Below are positions 28,480 to 37,197 of a stretch of 39,065 nt of DNA, one piece after another. The stretch is from an uncultured Erysipelotrichaceae bacterium (lineage in GTDB: Bacteria; Bacillota_I; Bacilli_A; Erysipelotrichales; Coprobacillaceae). Under the pieces are notes generated by a model. It was not told the origin of the DNA, did not search any database, and saw nothing but the letters and a program-made list of their open reading frames with translations. The translations under genes and the position numbers were made by a program. How positions within the stretch are numbered: position 1 is the first letter of the stretch; every line of letters starts with the position of its first letter. The stretch is taken from assembly GCA_900317015.1 (NCBI GenBank), contig ONFH01000240.1, positions 1 to 39,065 of the forward strand. Direction: 5' to 3'.

Positions 28480-29737
28480 CGAATGAACCTCCTAATTTCT
28501 GATAATCTTCAAAAAAGTCTGGATAAGATTTTGCGACACATGATGCATCATCAAGCTTGAAGTCACCATAAGCACGCGTGGCCAAGATGGCCTCCATCAT
28601 CGCCATACGATGATCGTTGAAACAGGAAAGCTCAGCCCCCTGCACAAAATCGGTACCGGTGATGACCATCGCATCTTCTTTTTCGGCGACCATCACGCCA
28701 CAGGCTTTTAACACCTCACATGTGGCATGGAGACGATCACATTCTTTGATACGTAATCGTTTCGCATTATAAATCAGACTTGTCCCCTGAGCGACCCCAC
28801 AGACAGCGGCCATGACGGGAATAATGTCGGGACATTGTGAAGCATCGATATTCGTAGCCTGTAAACGTCCAGGACGCATGAGAACGCCCTCACTTGTTTC
28901 TTCTAGGTGAGCACCCATGCTTTCTAAGATCTTAATGGCGGCGCGGTCACCCTGAGCGGACTGAAGATTTAAATTCGTGATCAGAACTTCATTGCCCATC
29001 GCCCCGGCTGCTAAATAGTTGGCCGCCTGCGAGAAGTCGCCTTCGACTTCATAATCATGAGCGATGTAGGCCTGTGAGCCTTTGATCGTAAATGTTTCAT
29101 AATCATCGTTTTCAATCGTAATGCCATACAGCTTCAAAAGATCAAGCGTTAAGTCGATATAGCCTTTGGACTGTAATGGGGAGGTGATATGAATGGTTGA
29201 ATCCCCTTGACAGAGTGGCAAGGCAAAAAGCAGACCGGTAATAAACTGCGAAGAAATATCACCAGGAATTGAAAATTCTCCAGCTTGTAAAGCACCGTTG
29301 ATTTTGAGATCTAAGACATCTTTCCCATATGTGTAGTTGATGCCCTGCTTGTCAAAAATATTATAATAGACATCTAATGGACGACTGCCTAATTTGCCTC
29401 GACCGGTAAAAGTGACAAAGCGTTCGTTGATCAAAGACACGGGAATCATAAAACGTAATGTCGATCCTGATTCATGACAGTCGATCAAACAATTCTTTTC
29501 CGTTAATGTTTGATTGCCATTGATATAGAGCGTCGTCCCCTGTGAAATGATCGTCGCCCCTAAGGCTCTCATGGCATTGATCGTCGCTTCAATATCTAAA
29601 GACATAGACACGTTGGTGATGACACTTTCCCCTTTGCTTAATGAGGCGCAGATAATAGCACGATGGGCTAATGATTTGGATGTTGGAACTTTGATCGTTC
29701 CTTCTAAATGATGGGGATGAATAATGATGGATTTCAT
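28469..29737 (-). CDS. aroA: 3-phosphoshikimate 1-carboxyvinyltransferase
   Basis: SKSLAHR, ESGSTLRF, SSQF, LRIKECDR, DHRMAM, KSYP. Confidence 0.97.
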   Translation of the reverse strand: MKSIIIHPHHLEGTIKVPTSKSLAHRAIICASLSKGESVITNVSMSLDIEATINAMRALGATIISQGTTLYINGNQTLTEKNCLIDCHESGSTLRFMIPVSLINERFVTFTGRGKLGSRPLDVYYNIFDKQGINYTYGKDVLDLKINGALQAGEFSIPGDISSQFITGLLFALPLCQGDSTIHITSPLQSKGYIDLTLDLLKLYGITIENDDYETFTIKGSQAYIAHDYEVEGDFSQAANYLAAGAMGNEVLITNLNLQSAQGDRAAIKILESMGAHLEETSEGVLMRPGRLQATNIDASQCPDIIPVMAAVCGVAQGTSLIYNAKRLRIKECDRLHATCEVLKACGVMVAEKEDAMVITGTDFVQGAELSCFNDHRMAMMEAILATRAYGDFKLDDASCVAKSYPDFFEDYQKLGGSFDEC

Positions 29738-30793
29738 TTAGACCTCCTCAAGCGTTAAGATTTCTTCACGCTTGCCTTTATGGATCTTATAAGCACCGAT
29801 GTCATCTAAGACGACAAACTGTAAGCTGGAATCAAAGTTCTTTTTATCATGAGAGATGGCTTCTAGTAAAAGATGCGGATCCACACCAGCATGCGTTGGT
29901 AATTCATAATGTGTAAGCACTTCGACGATCTCATCACTGCATCCTGGTTTTGTCAGACCCATTTGTTCAGACATGAGCGTCACATCGACCATGCCGATGC
30001 CAACAGCTTCGCCATGAGAATAATGATCATAATGATAATACTGTTCCAGGGCATGACCGATCGTATGACCAAAGTTCAGGCAGAGACGATCCCCAAAGTC
30101 GAATAAATCTTTTTCGACAACATCACGTTTGATATCCACGCATGTATAAATGATCTCATCGATATCCTGATACAGTTCGGCAAAGTTCTTATACCCTTTT
30201 AAGCGGTCAAAAAAGTCACGATCTTTAATACAGCCATATTTAATGACTTCGCCCATACCATCACGAATGAAATGGTCATCAAGCGTCTTTAAAGTGAGCG
30301 GATCGATCAGAACGAAGAGCGGATGCTTAAAAGCTCCTACTAAGTTCTTGCCTTGTGGCAGATCTACGGCAACTTTTCCGCCAACGGAAGAATCGACCTG
30401 TGCCAACAGTGAAGTTGGGATCTGAATAAATTTGACGCCACGTAAATACGTTGCAGCGACAAAGCCAGCTAAGTCACCGATGACGCCACCGCCAAGAGCG
30501 ATGATCAGATCAGAACGCGTCAGCTTAGCGTCGAGGAGCTGTTTATAAAGAGAAGGTAAGATCTCAAATCGTTTCGTCTTTTCCCCATGAGGTAAGACGA
30601 TCTCACTGACTTCATAATCACCAAGTTCATCGACTAATGTTTTTCCATAAAGTGGAAAGACATGATCATCAGAGATGATCGCAATACGGCGTCCCTGATA
30701 AACCTTCTTGATGAGCTCTCCAGCATGAGCAAGAGCACCCTGCTCAATAATAATATCATAGCTGTCCTTTCCTAAATTCACATGTAACTGCAC
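29738..30793 (-). CDS. aroB: 3-dehydroquinate synthase
   Basis: ALGGGVIGD, PTSLLAQVDSSVGGK, LNFGHTIGHA, HGEAV. Confidence 0.97.
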   Translation of the reverse strand: MQLHVNLGKDSYDIIIEQGALAHAGELIKKVYQGRRIAIISDDHVFPLYGKTLVDELGDYEVSEIVLPHGEKTKRFEILPSLYKQLLDAKLTRSDLIIALGGGVIGDLAGFVAATYLRGVKFIQIPTSLLAQVDSSVGGKVAVDLPQGKNLVGAFKHPLFVLIDPLTLKTLDDHFIRDGMGEVIKYGCIKDRDFFDRLKGYKNFAELYQDIDEIIYTCVDIKRDVVEKDLFDFGDRLCLNFGHTIGHALEQYYHYDHYSHGEAVGIGMVDVTLMSEQMGLTKPGCSDEIVEVLTHYELPTHAGVDPHLLLEAISHDKKNFDSSLQFVVLDDIGAYKIHKGKREEILTLEEV

Positions 30794-30882
30794 AAAAATT
30801 CCCCCTTTTGCTTAATGTTTAGACTATTCTATCATAAATCTCTACCAGGCAAAATAAATAATCCTATTTAAAAAAGGAAAAT

Positions 30883-30920
30883 AAAAAGTATTCCATGAGG
30901 AACGACCTCCTGGAATACTT
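30883..30920 (-). terminator. Intrinsic terminator
   Basis: Minus-strand AAGTATTCCAGGAGG...CCTCATGGAATACTT plus T run. Confidence 0.8.
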
Positions 30921-31653
30921 ACGCTTTAATGGAAATTTGACCATACGACTCATCGGCACTGTTTAATTTATTGGCGACTTCACTCGTCGTTTTGATCGTA
31001 TAAGATTTGATGACACGTGTCCGATCAGAGAAATCACTGGCGACATCATCATAATGATTACGCTCATCTTCATTGATGATCATAGCCTTAATTTCCCCTG
31101 TCTTTAAGGCATTGTACGTCTCTTTCTCTGTTTCGAAAACAGTTGGTTCGATGATCTGATCGTTACGAACTGAGATCTTCGCAATGACCGACGCTAAGTT
31201 CTTGACATCAAGCTCATTATAGCCACGCATGTAGCCAAATGTGTAATTTTTTGCATCATCAATATAATGCGCCTCATTATCTTTGAGTACGATCACACTA
31301 TATGTGTTCTCCACGATGCCGCGTCCGGTAATCAATCTCCCCAGTGTCGTTTCTTTGATCAATAAGGCATCGACAAACACCAGCGCTACACAGATATTGA
31401 CCTGCAGGAGCTTGCTGATGATATTCATGCCGACGACTTTCTTGATCTTACGCCCATGTTTGCGATAGACTCTACGTTTCTGTGTTCTATATAATAGATG
31501 GTTCAACACAAAGAAACCGAGTCCGATCAGAATGAAAGAAAGGATGGAAAGAGAATGAGTGGCCGCTTTGATCACTAAATATAGGATGCTCAGTAATGCT
31601 TCAATGAGGTAAAGCATACGTCTTCTAAGCAAAAACGGTATTAATCTTCTCAT
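30919..31653 (-). CDS. Membrane protein resembling the N-terminal half (TM + accessory domain) of CpsA/LCP proteins
   Basis: About three N-terminal hydrophobic segments, then YSVIVLKD...AL..GEIKAMIINE...DFSDRTRVI. No LCP catalytic domain. Confidence 0.55.
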   Translation of the reverse strand: MRRLIPFLLRRRMLYLIEALLSILYLVIKAATHSLSILSFILIGLGFFVLNHLLYRTQKRRVYRKHGRKIKKVVGMNIISKLLQVNICVALVFVDALLIKETTLGRLITGRGIVENTYSVIVLKDNEAHYIDDAKNYTFGYMRGYNELDVKNLASVIAKISVRNDQIIEPTVFETEKETYNALKTGEIKAMIINEDERNHYDDVASDFSDRTRVIKSYTIKTTSEVANKLNSADESYGQISIKA

Positions 31654-31970
31654 ATGCTGGTCCCCTTTTTATGTATCTATTATAGTAGAAAACACTATCA
31701 TTTGAAAAGATTAAATTCGAAAATTTTAAAATCTTTTTTTATTTTTCTACAAAAAGGATTCTTTGTCTTACACATCATGATGTAATTTTCTTTCGCTTAC
31801 TATGCTTATATTACATATATTGCAATTAATATTATTTAATATGCTTTAGTTGCATGATAATCGTTTATTTTTTAGCAGCAAGTCCTCTTCTACTCATGAT
31901 CTTCTCATTTAGGATCAAATCCTCTTTTTGTAAAACTCTGCAACGTCAACTACGCTTTTGAAGAAAATTG

Positions 31971-31999
31971 TTGCAAAAGAGAAAGTTTCATAATATAAT
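31971..31999 (+). promoter_or_regulatory. SigA promoter of tRNA-Leu
   Basis: TTGCAA-17 nt-TATAAT. Confidence 0.8.
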
Positions 32000-32019
32000 A
32001 GTCTAGCAGTCAAAAAGCT

Positions 32020-32106
32020 GCCTCGGTGGCGAAATTGGTAGACGCAGCAGACTCAAAATCTGCCGGCTTCAAACCCGTGCCGGTTCGAGTCCGGCCCGAG
32101 GCACCA
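32020..32106 (+). tRNA. tRNA-Leu(CAA)
   Basis: Acceptor stem GCCTCGG/CCGAGGC, anticodon arm GCAGA-CTCAAAA-TCTGC, long variable arm, GGTTCGAGTCC T arm, encoded CCA. Confidence 0.97.
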
Positions 32107-32128
32107 TCTATTTGACTGTTTTTTTATT

Positions 32129-32155
32129 GCCCATGGTCATGCATGGGTCTTTTTT
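32129..32155 (+). terminator. Intrinsic terminator after tRNA
   Basis: GCCCATG-GTCATG-CATGGGT plus CTTTTTT. Confidence 0.7.
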
Positions 32156-32185
32156 GTATAATGGAAAATGAAAGTGGTGAAAGCA

Positions 32186-33502
32186 ATGGATGAATTTTAT
32201 AACCGTATGAAAGAGCTTTTAGGAAACGATTATGATGCGTTCCTGAAAGCTTTAGATGAAAGAGAAGTCAAAGGACTTTATTTAAATAATCATAAAAAAG
32301 ATGTGGATCAGATCCTTGATCAAAAAGCTGTGATGCCCCACCCGCTTGTAAGCAATGGCTATCTCTATGATCCAGACATCTATCAGCCAGGGAAGTCGCC
32401 GTACTTCCTAGCTGGCCTTTATTATATTCAGGAACCAAGTGCCATGCTTGTCGCTAATATGATTGACATCAAGGAAGACGACTATGTTTTAGACATGTGC
32501 GCTGCGCCTGGCGGAAAATCCTGTCAGGTCCTCAATCGTTTAGGCGAAGACGGCTTACTCATTGCTAATGATATTTCGTCAAGCCGTGCGAAGATCTTAA
32601 GTGAAAACATTGAACGCTTTGGAGCGACCAATGCCATCGTGACCAATACCGATCCAATACGCTTTGTCGGTCTTCTTGATGGCTTCTTTGATAAGATCAT
32701 CTTAGATGCGCCCTGCTCTGGAGAAGGAATGTTAAGAAAAACAGAACTTGCGGCAAAAACATGGTCGCCAGAAAAAGTTCAAGAATGTGCTTCAATCCAG
32801 CGCTCCTTGATTGAAGCAGCCTACAAGCTATTAAGACCAGGAGGACAGCTGATCTATTCGACATGTACGTATTCCAAAGAAGAAAATGAAGATATGATTC
32901 ACTATGCATTGGATCATTTTGCTTTGAAAGTCATTGATCTCCCTAAAAGCCATGGCTTAGAACCTGGCATCGACTTACCAGAAGCCATCCGCTGTTACCC
33001 TCATAAATTTAAAGGTGAAGGACAGTTTATGTGCTTAATGGAAAAGACAGGAGAAACAGAGATCAAGAAGCCACGCTTTATGAAACCTAATATCACCAAA
33101 GCTTCCTTAAAGAATGTCTCTGACTTCTACAAGCAGTCTTTAAATGTCAAACTGCCGCCCTACTTAGTCGAAAATAAGGGACATATTTATGCCATTAGGC
33201 AGCAGTTCCCTGATCTCAGGAAGATCAGAATCTTACGTAATGGCCTCTATTTAGGGGAAAGTCGTAAGAACTACTTCATTCCAAGCTATTCCCTCGCTTT
33301 AACGTTAACCAAGCAGGATGTGAAATTGAGCTATGACTTTGATGAAGATTCAGAGGAGATCAAAGCTTATCTGCATGGGGAGACATTAGAAAGCCACGGT
33401 CATAAAGGGTATGGGATCCTATTTGTAAGTAGCTACCCTCTTTCCTTCTACAAGGAAAGCAACGCCGTGAAAAATCTATTCCCGAAAGGACTGAGACGAT
33501 GA
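32186..33502 (+). CDS. rsmF: RsmB/RsmF (NOL1/NOP2/sun) family rRNA m5C methyltransferase
   Basis: YYIQEPSAM, DMCAAPGGKS, DAPCSGEG, YSTCT. Start likely at 32186 after GGTGA; 32168 is the alternative. Confidence 0.85.
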   Translation: MDEFYNRMKELLGNDYDAFLKALDEREVKGLYLNNHKKDVDQILDQKAVMPHPLVSNGYLYDPDIYQPGKSPYFLAGLYYIQEPSAMLVANMIDIKEDDYVLDMCAAPGGKSCQVLNRLGEDGLLIANDISSSRAKILSENIERFGATNAIVTNTDPIRFVGLLDGFFDKIILDAPCSGEGMLRKTELAAKTWSPEKVQECASIQRSLIEAAYKLLRPGGQLIYSTCTYSKEENEDMIHYALDHFALKVIDLPKSHGLEPGIDLPEAIRCYPHKFKGEGQFMCLMEKTGETEIKKPRFMKPNITKASLKNVSDFYKQSLNVKLPPYLVENKGHIYAIRQQFPDLRKIRILRNGLYLGESRKNYFIPSYSLALTLTKQDVKLSYDFDEDSEEIKAYLHGETLESHGHKGYGILFVSSYPLSFYKESNAVKNLFPKGLRR

Positions 33503-33948
33503 GAGTCAACGAGATCAAAACAACGGCCTTAAAATTGTTAGAAGACAATGCCTATGGCTTTTATAAACGAAAGATCATTGCCCATATGTTTGAAGCGGAG
33601 ACGCTCTGTATTCTTCTGGCCCATAAACGTTCGTTAAATGAAGAATATGCGGCGATCATCGGTCTGCTTCATGATCTCTCGATTGCGATCGACTGCAATG
33701 ACTTTGGCCATGCCAGCCGTTCAAGCATGCTTGCGAAAAAGATGTTGAGTGAACATGGGGGCTTTACAGAGGAAGAAATCAATCTGATCACCACCGCCAT
33801 TGCCAATCATTCTACCAAAGAGGTCGTTCAGGACCCTTATAGTGAATGTATTAAAGATGCGGATGTACTCGCCCACGTTATGAATCAGGACGTGCTTGAT
33901 GGCATCAAAAAAGAAAGAGCTGAAAAGGCTGCTAGAGAATTACTCTAA
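33499..33948 (+). CDS. HD domain protein
   Basis: H...GLLHD...GHA...NH...DAD motifs; ATGA overlap with the previous gene. Confidence 0.85.
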   Translation: MRVNEIKTTALKLLEDNAYGFYKRKIIAHMFEAETLCILLAHKRSLNEEYAAIIGLLHDLSIAIDCNDFGHASRSSMLAKKMLSEHGGFTEEEINLITTAIANHSTKEVVQDPYSECIKDADVLAHVMNQDVLDGIKKERAEKAARELL

Positions 33949-33963
33949 CAGCCTCTTTTTTTT
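33926..33963 (+). terminator. Intrinsic terminator overlapping the HD gene stop
   Basis: AGGCTG-C-TAGAG-AATTA-CTCTA-A-CAGCCT plus T8. Confidence 0.75.
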
Positions 33964-34045
33964 AAAAAAGCAGAGGGACAAGCTCTCTGCAAGCAGACTC
34001 AAAAGGAAGTCTATGTATTACGATATGTCGAAAGCCTGCCTTGTA
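33964..34045 (-). ncRNA. Candidate small RNA (about 80 nt)
   Basis: Extended -10 TGCTATAAT (34052-34060), internal stem, anti-SD CTTCCTTTT, own terminator GCAGAG...CTCTGC-T6, no ORF. Confidence 0.55.
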
Positions 34046-34068
34046 TGAACAATTATAGCATTCGCGCA

Positions 34069-34082
34069 TGAACAAGTGTTCA
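34069..34082. promoter_or_regulatory. Palindromic operator, LexA (Cheo box)-like
   Basis: TGAACAAGTGTTCA contains GAAC-N4-GTTC and overlaps the -35 position of the sRNA promoter. Confidence 0.45.
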
Positions 34083-34104
34083 AATTTTAGACCTTCTTTA
34101 AAAA

Positions 34105-35055
34105 TTATTCTTTACCATCATAGAAGTGATGAATGGACGCATCGATCTTCTTCATCGATGTATGCATCTCATCTAACTGCTTAGTGAGCGTCGCACTCGT
34201 GCGAGCGACCTTCTCATAACGTTCCATCATACGATCACTGTCTTCTTTTAAGGCAATCAAGGCTTTTTCAATTTCCTCTAAATGTAAGGAACGATGATAG
34301 TCCTTGGTGATATTCAAGAGCGTCATACAGACACCCATTAACGTACTTGGTGATGTCATTAAGACATGCGCACGATGCGCCTCTTCCATCAGCTGTGATT
34401 CATTCTGACAAATATATAAGTAGATGGCTTCACTCGGGATGAACATAATGGCTTCTTCGGTCGTGACCGCCTTGATGATATACTTTTCTGAAATATCCTT
34501 AATATGTTTTCGAATATTATTACGGAAATCCACTTCGGCTTGATGATCTTCTGGGTCATCGACAAGCTTTAAGTAGTTTTCACTTGGAAACTTGGAATCA
34601 ATGATCATCACTAATTCAGAACCAGGGATATGTAAAGCAGCATCGCCGATTCTATGATTTGGAAGTGTATACTGCTTTTCATAAATACCCGTATTCTCCC
34701 CTAAGTACATCGATAATAAATAGTAGAGCTGATATTCGCCAAAGGTGCCTCGCTTCTTCGTATTGACCATCACTTCATTCATATTGGCAATGTTCTTACT
34801 TAAAGCATTGAGCTTAGCATCAGAGACACTTAAAGATTCTCTTGTTTTCATAAGTTCCTTTAAGATGGCCTGATAGTTTTTCGTCAGATGATTATTGACG
34901 GCTTTGTTTTCCGTTAATTCATGACGGTTGTTCAACAGGCCCTGCTCGATGCGATCAAAGCGGTGTTCATTGTTTAACTTCTGTAAGACATTAAATAATA
35001 AGTAAATGATCAAGAGACAGGCAATGACGATGATAAACATCAAAAATAGGTCCAT
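34105..35055 (-). CDS. rmuC: DNA recombination protein RmuC
   Basis: N-terminal TM and coiled coil, KKRGTFGE, IDSKFP, HIKDISEKYI, AIMFIPSEAIY, SPSTL. Confidence 0.92.
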   Translation of the reverse strand: MDLFLMFIIVIACLLIIYLLFNVLQKLNNEHRFDRIEQGLLNNRHELTENKAVNNHLTKNYQAILKELMKTRESLSVSDAKLNALSKNIANMNEVMVNTKKRGTFGEYQLYYLLSMYLGENTGIYEKQYTLPNHRIGDAALHIPGSELVMIIDSKFPSENYLKLVDDPEDHQAEVDFRNNIRKHIKDISEKYIIKAVTTEEAIMFIPSEAIYLYICQNESQLMEEAHRAHVLMTSPSTLMGVCMTLLNITKDYHRSLHLEEIEKALIALKEDSDRMMERYEKVARTSATLTKQLDEMHTSMKKIDASIHHFYDGKE

Positions 35056-35060
35056 AGGGA

Positions 35061-36371
35061 TTACGCCTGATTTCTCGTCATCTTAACGATGCCCGTGACA
35101 AGTGGTGTATTAGGATCCATATCGATGCCTTTGACAGAGGCAATCTCATACTTGCCTTCTAATAATGCGATGGCTTTTCCTAAGGTACTCATATTCTTAG
35201 ATGTTAAGATGACTTCTGGAATACGTGATAACGTAATGGATTCGGCCATTTCTTCAGACATCTCATCATTGAACAATTGGACTAATGCTAAATCGTATTT
35301 GTTTTTCTTACACAAATAGACAACTTCTTCATCCACATCGCCAAGACGGAACGTCTTCTGTGATTCACCTAAGCGTTCGGCATTCTTTTTCGCTTCTTCC
35401 ACGCAGATTTGATCCCCTTCCACAGCCATAACGGTATTTGGAAGATCACATTCTAAGACACCATAGCGTGGATAAAGCGATAAGACATTGGCATCATCAT
35501 CGATCATAGAGGCGATCGTTTCATAATACTGATATTCCATATCCGGATTGATGATGACTGGTGATTTGACATTGAATGCATAGTCACGATCATGATAAGT
35601 ACGCGTTAAGGTATTTGGCCCATAAATACGTTTATAGCCTTTATCTCTAAAATCTGTATGTGAAGATGTATTGATCGTATAGTAAACAGCTGCGACATTG
35701 TCTAAGGCTTCGACTTCGGCTGTGACTTCACGCTTGATACCATCTTTACCTGTGACAAATAAGACCTGTAAACCTTCATTGTAAAGAGCGACCTGAATAT
35801 AACGTAAGCCTTTCTTTACTCTTGGATAGTAGTCTTTACATTTATATTTATTGACGATATCCTGAATGGCTTTCAAGGTATGATTGATCGTCTGATCATT
35901 TAAGCGATAGAGATCATCAGATGTTAAGAAATGTTCCACCTTGGAAAGATCACTAAAAATTAAGCGACCATGAGAGAAGACAACGGGGAACCCAACTTCG
36001 CTGCGGTAATGTTCTGTCTTTTCACTTGCAACAACAGGAGCCACATCTAATTCTTCTGGATCGAATTTTGTATATTTCCCAATTGCATCTTTGATTAATC
36101 CCTTCTTGAAAGGTAACTGATCTAAATAGTTCATGTGGAAGAGCGAATAACCGTAGTTCTGATTATGTTTAGTATCAGGACGACGGGCGGGACTCTTCTT
36201 CGTAATTTTAATGGCATGACCACGAATAAAACGAGGGGCGACTTCATCGATGGCCGCAACGACTTCTTCACCGGTCAGGGCGCCTTTAATAAAAGCAATC
36301 TTTGAATCGATATAGCCGATGCCTTCACCGTTGATGCCCATCTTCTTAATGGTTAAGGTTTGATTTTTCAT
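35061..36371 (-). CDS. TRAM-domain RlmD/RumA-like protein with degenerate methyltransferase motifs
   Basis: KKMGINGEGIGY, GALTGEEV, YLDQLPFKK, GLRYI match the RlmD layout. Fe-S, SAM-binding and catalytic motifs are altered. Confidence 0.75.
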   Translation of the reverse strand: MKNQTLTIKKMGINGEGIGYIDSKIAFIKGALTGEEVVAAIDEVAPRFIRGHAIKITKKSPARRPDTKHNQNYGYSLFHMNYLDQLPFKKGLIKDAIGKYTKFDPEELDVAPVVASEKTEHYRSEVGFPVVFSHGRLIFSDLSKVEHFLTSDDLYRLNDQTINHTLKAIQDIVNKYKCKDYYPRVKKGLRYIQVALYNEGLQVLFVTGKDGIKREVTAEVEALDNVAAVYYTINTSSHTDFRDKGYKRIYGPNTLTRTYHDRDYAFNVKSPVIINPDMEYQYYETIASMIDDDANVLSLYPRYGVLECDLPNTVMAVEGDQICVEEAKKNAERLGESQKTFRLGDVDEEVVYLCKKNKYDLALVQLFNDEMSEEMAESITLSRIPEVILTSKNMSTLGKAIALLEGKYEIASVKGIDMDPNTPLVTGIVKMTRNQA

Positions 36372-37164
36372 GTTTTAATCTCCTTAGATATAAATTATGA
36401 GTGACATACATTCCAATGTAGAACACTTCTGAGGACCAGTTGAATACAAACAGCAGCAGCACTAACGACGCCAATGGTCCATAAACGTTACGATAGTTGG
36501 CAAAATGCATATAGATCTTAAAAAAGATGTAGAAGATCAGGATCCCGCTCGAAGCGACAATAGCTCCCGCATGGGCATCATGGACATCGATCGTGGCACG
36601 AGGCACGATCGTATAAATACACATGAAAAAGACCACCAACAGCCAGAACATAATGACATACTGCAGGATCGCAATGCCCGTTAAGAAATGGAAGATCTTT
36701 GAAAAAGGTCCCGAAACAAGCAGGAAGACGACCACGGTCATGGCAAATAAAAGTAAGATGGTCACTTTAAAAACATAACCATAATAGCCAACTAACCCTT
36801 CCTCTTCGACATGAGGATCTTTAAACATCTTCTTTGAGATCAGATAAATATTGCCGACACCACGAGAGACGGCATAAAGGGAAAAGCCTAAGATCACAAT
36901 GGAAGAGATCGAGACTGAGCTTCTATTTAAAACACTGAGAATAATTTTTGAATATTCCGGCTGTAAGTATTGACTTAAGATCGATTCTAACATTTGTAAA
37001 TCAATATGAAATAGATTACTGAGCCAGGCAATAATGGAAGTGGCTGGGATGATCAGGATGAGCAGGTAGAAAGAAAGAGCCGCACTGGCATAGGCCGGTA
37101 CATATTTACGGTACTGATTATAGACCTTATAGACAAAAGCGACGAAACTCCTCACTTGATCCAT
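36346..37164 (-). CDS. YihY/virulence factor BrkB family membrane protein
   Basis: AALSFY, about six TM segments, YTIVP, VYGPLASL. ATG at 37164 after GGGGGAG. Confidence 0.88.
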   Translation of the reverse strand: MDQVRSFVAFVYKVYNQYRKYVPAYASAALSFYLLILIIPATSIIAWLSNLFHIDLQMLESILSQYLQPEYSKIILSVLNRSSVSISSIVILGFSLYAVSRGVGNIYLISKKMFKDPHVEEEGLVGYYGYVFKVTILLLFAMTVVVFLLVSGPFSKIFHFLTGIAILQYVIMFWLLVVFFMCIYTIVPRATIDVHDAHAGAIVASSGILIFYIFFKIYMHFANYRNVYGPLASLVLLLFVFNWSSEVFYIGMYVTHNLYLRRLKHEKSNLNH

Positions 37165-37197
37165 ACATTCTCCCCCTTTCAATAAAAAGAAAAACAC

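Noticed and set aside
31654-31970. Very AT-rich divergent intergenic region with palindrome ACATCATGATGT (31772-31783)
   Set aside because: No ORF, repeat array or recognisable operator; consistent with ordinary divergent promoter DNA
32020-32106. tRNA as an integration site
   Set aside because: No integrase and no duplicated tRNA 3' end seen in the window
34013-34048. Plus-strand mini-ORF MYYDMSKACLV behind AAAAGGAAG as a type I toxin opposite the sRNA
   Set aside because: Too short, not a hydrophobic helix, and it lies after a plus-strand terminator with no promoter; better explained as the mirror image of the sRNA's anti-SD/anti-AUG motif
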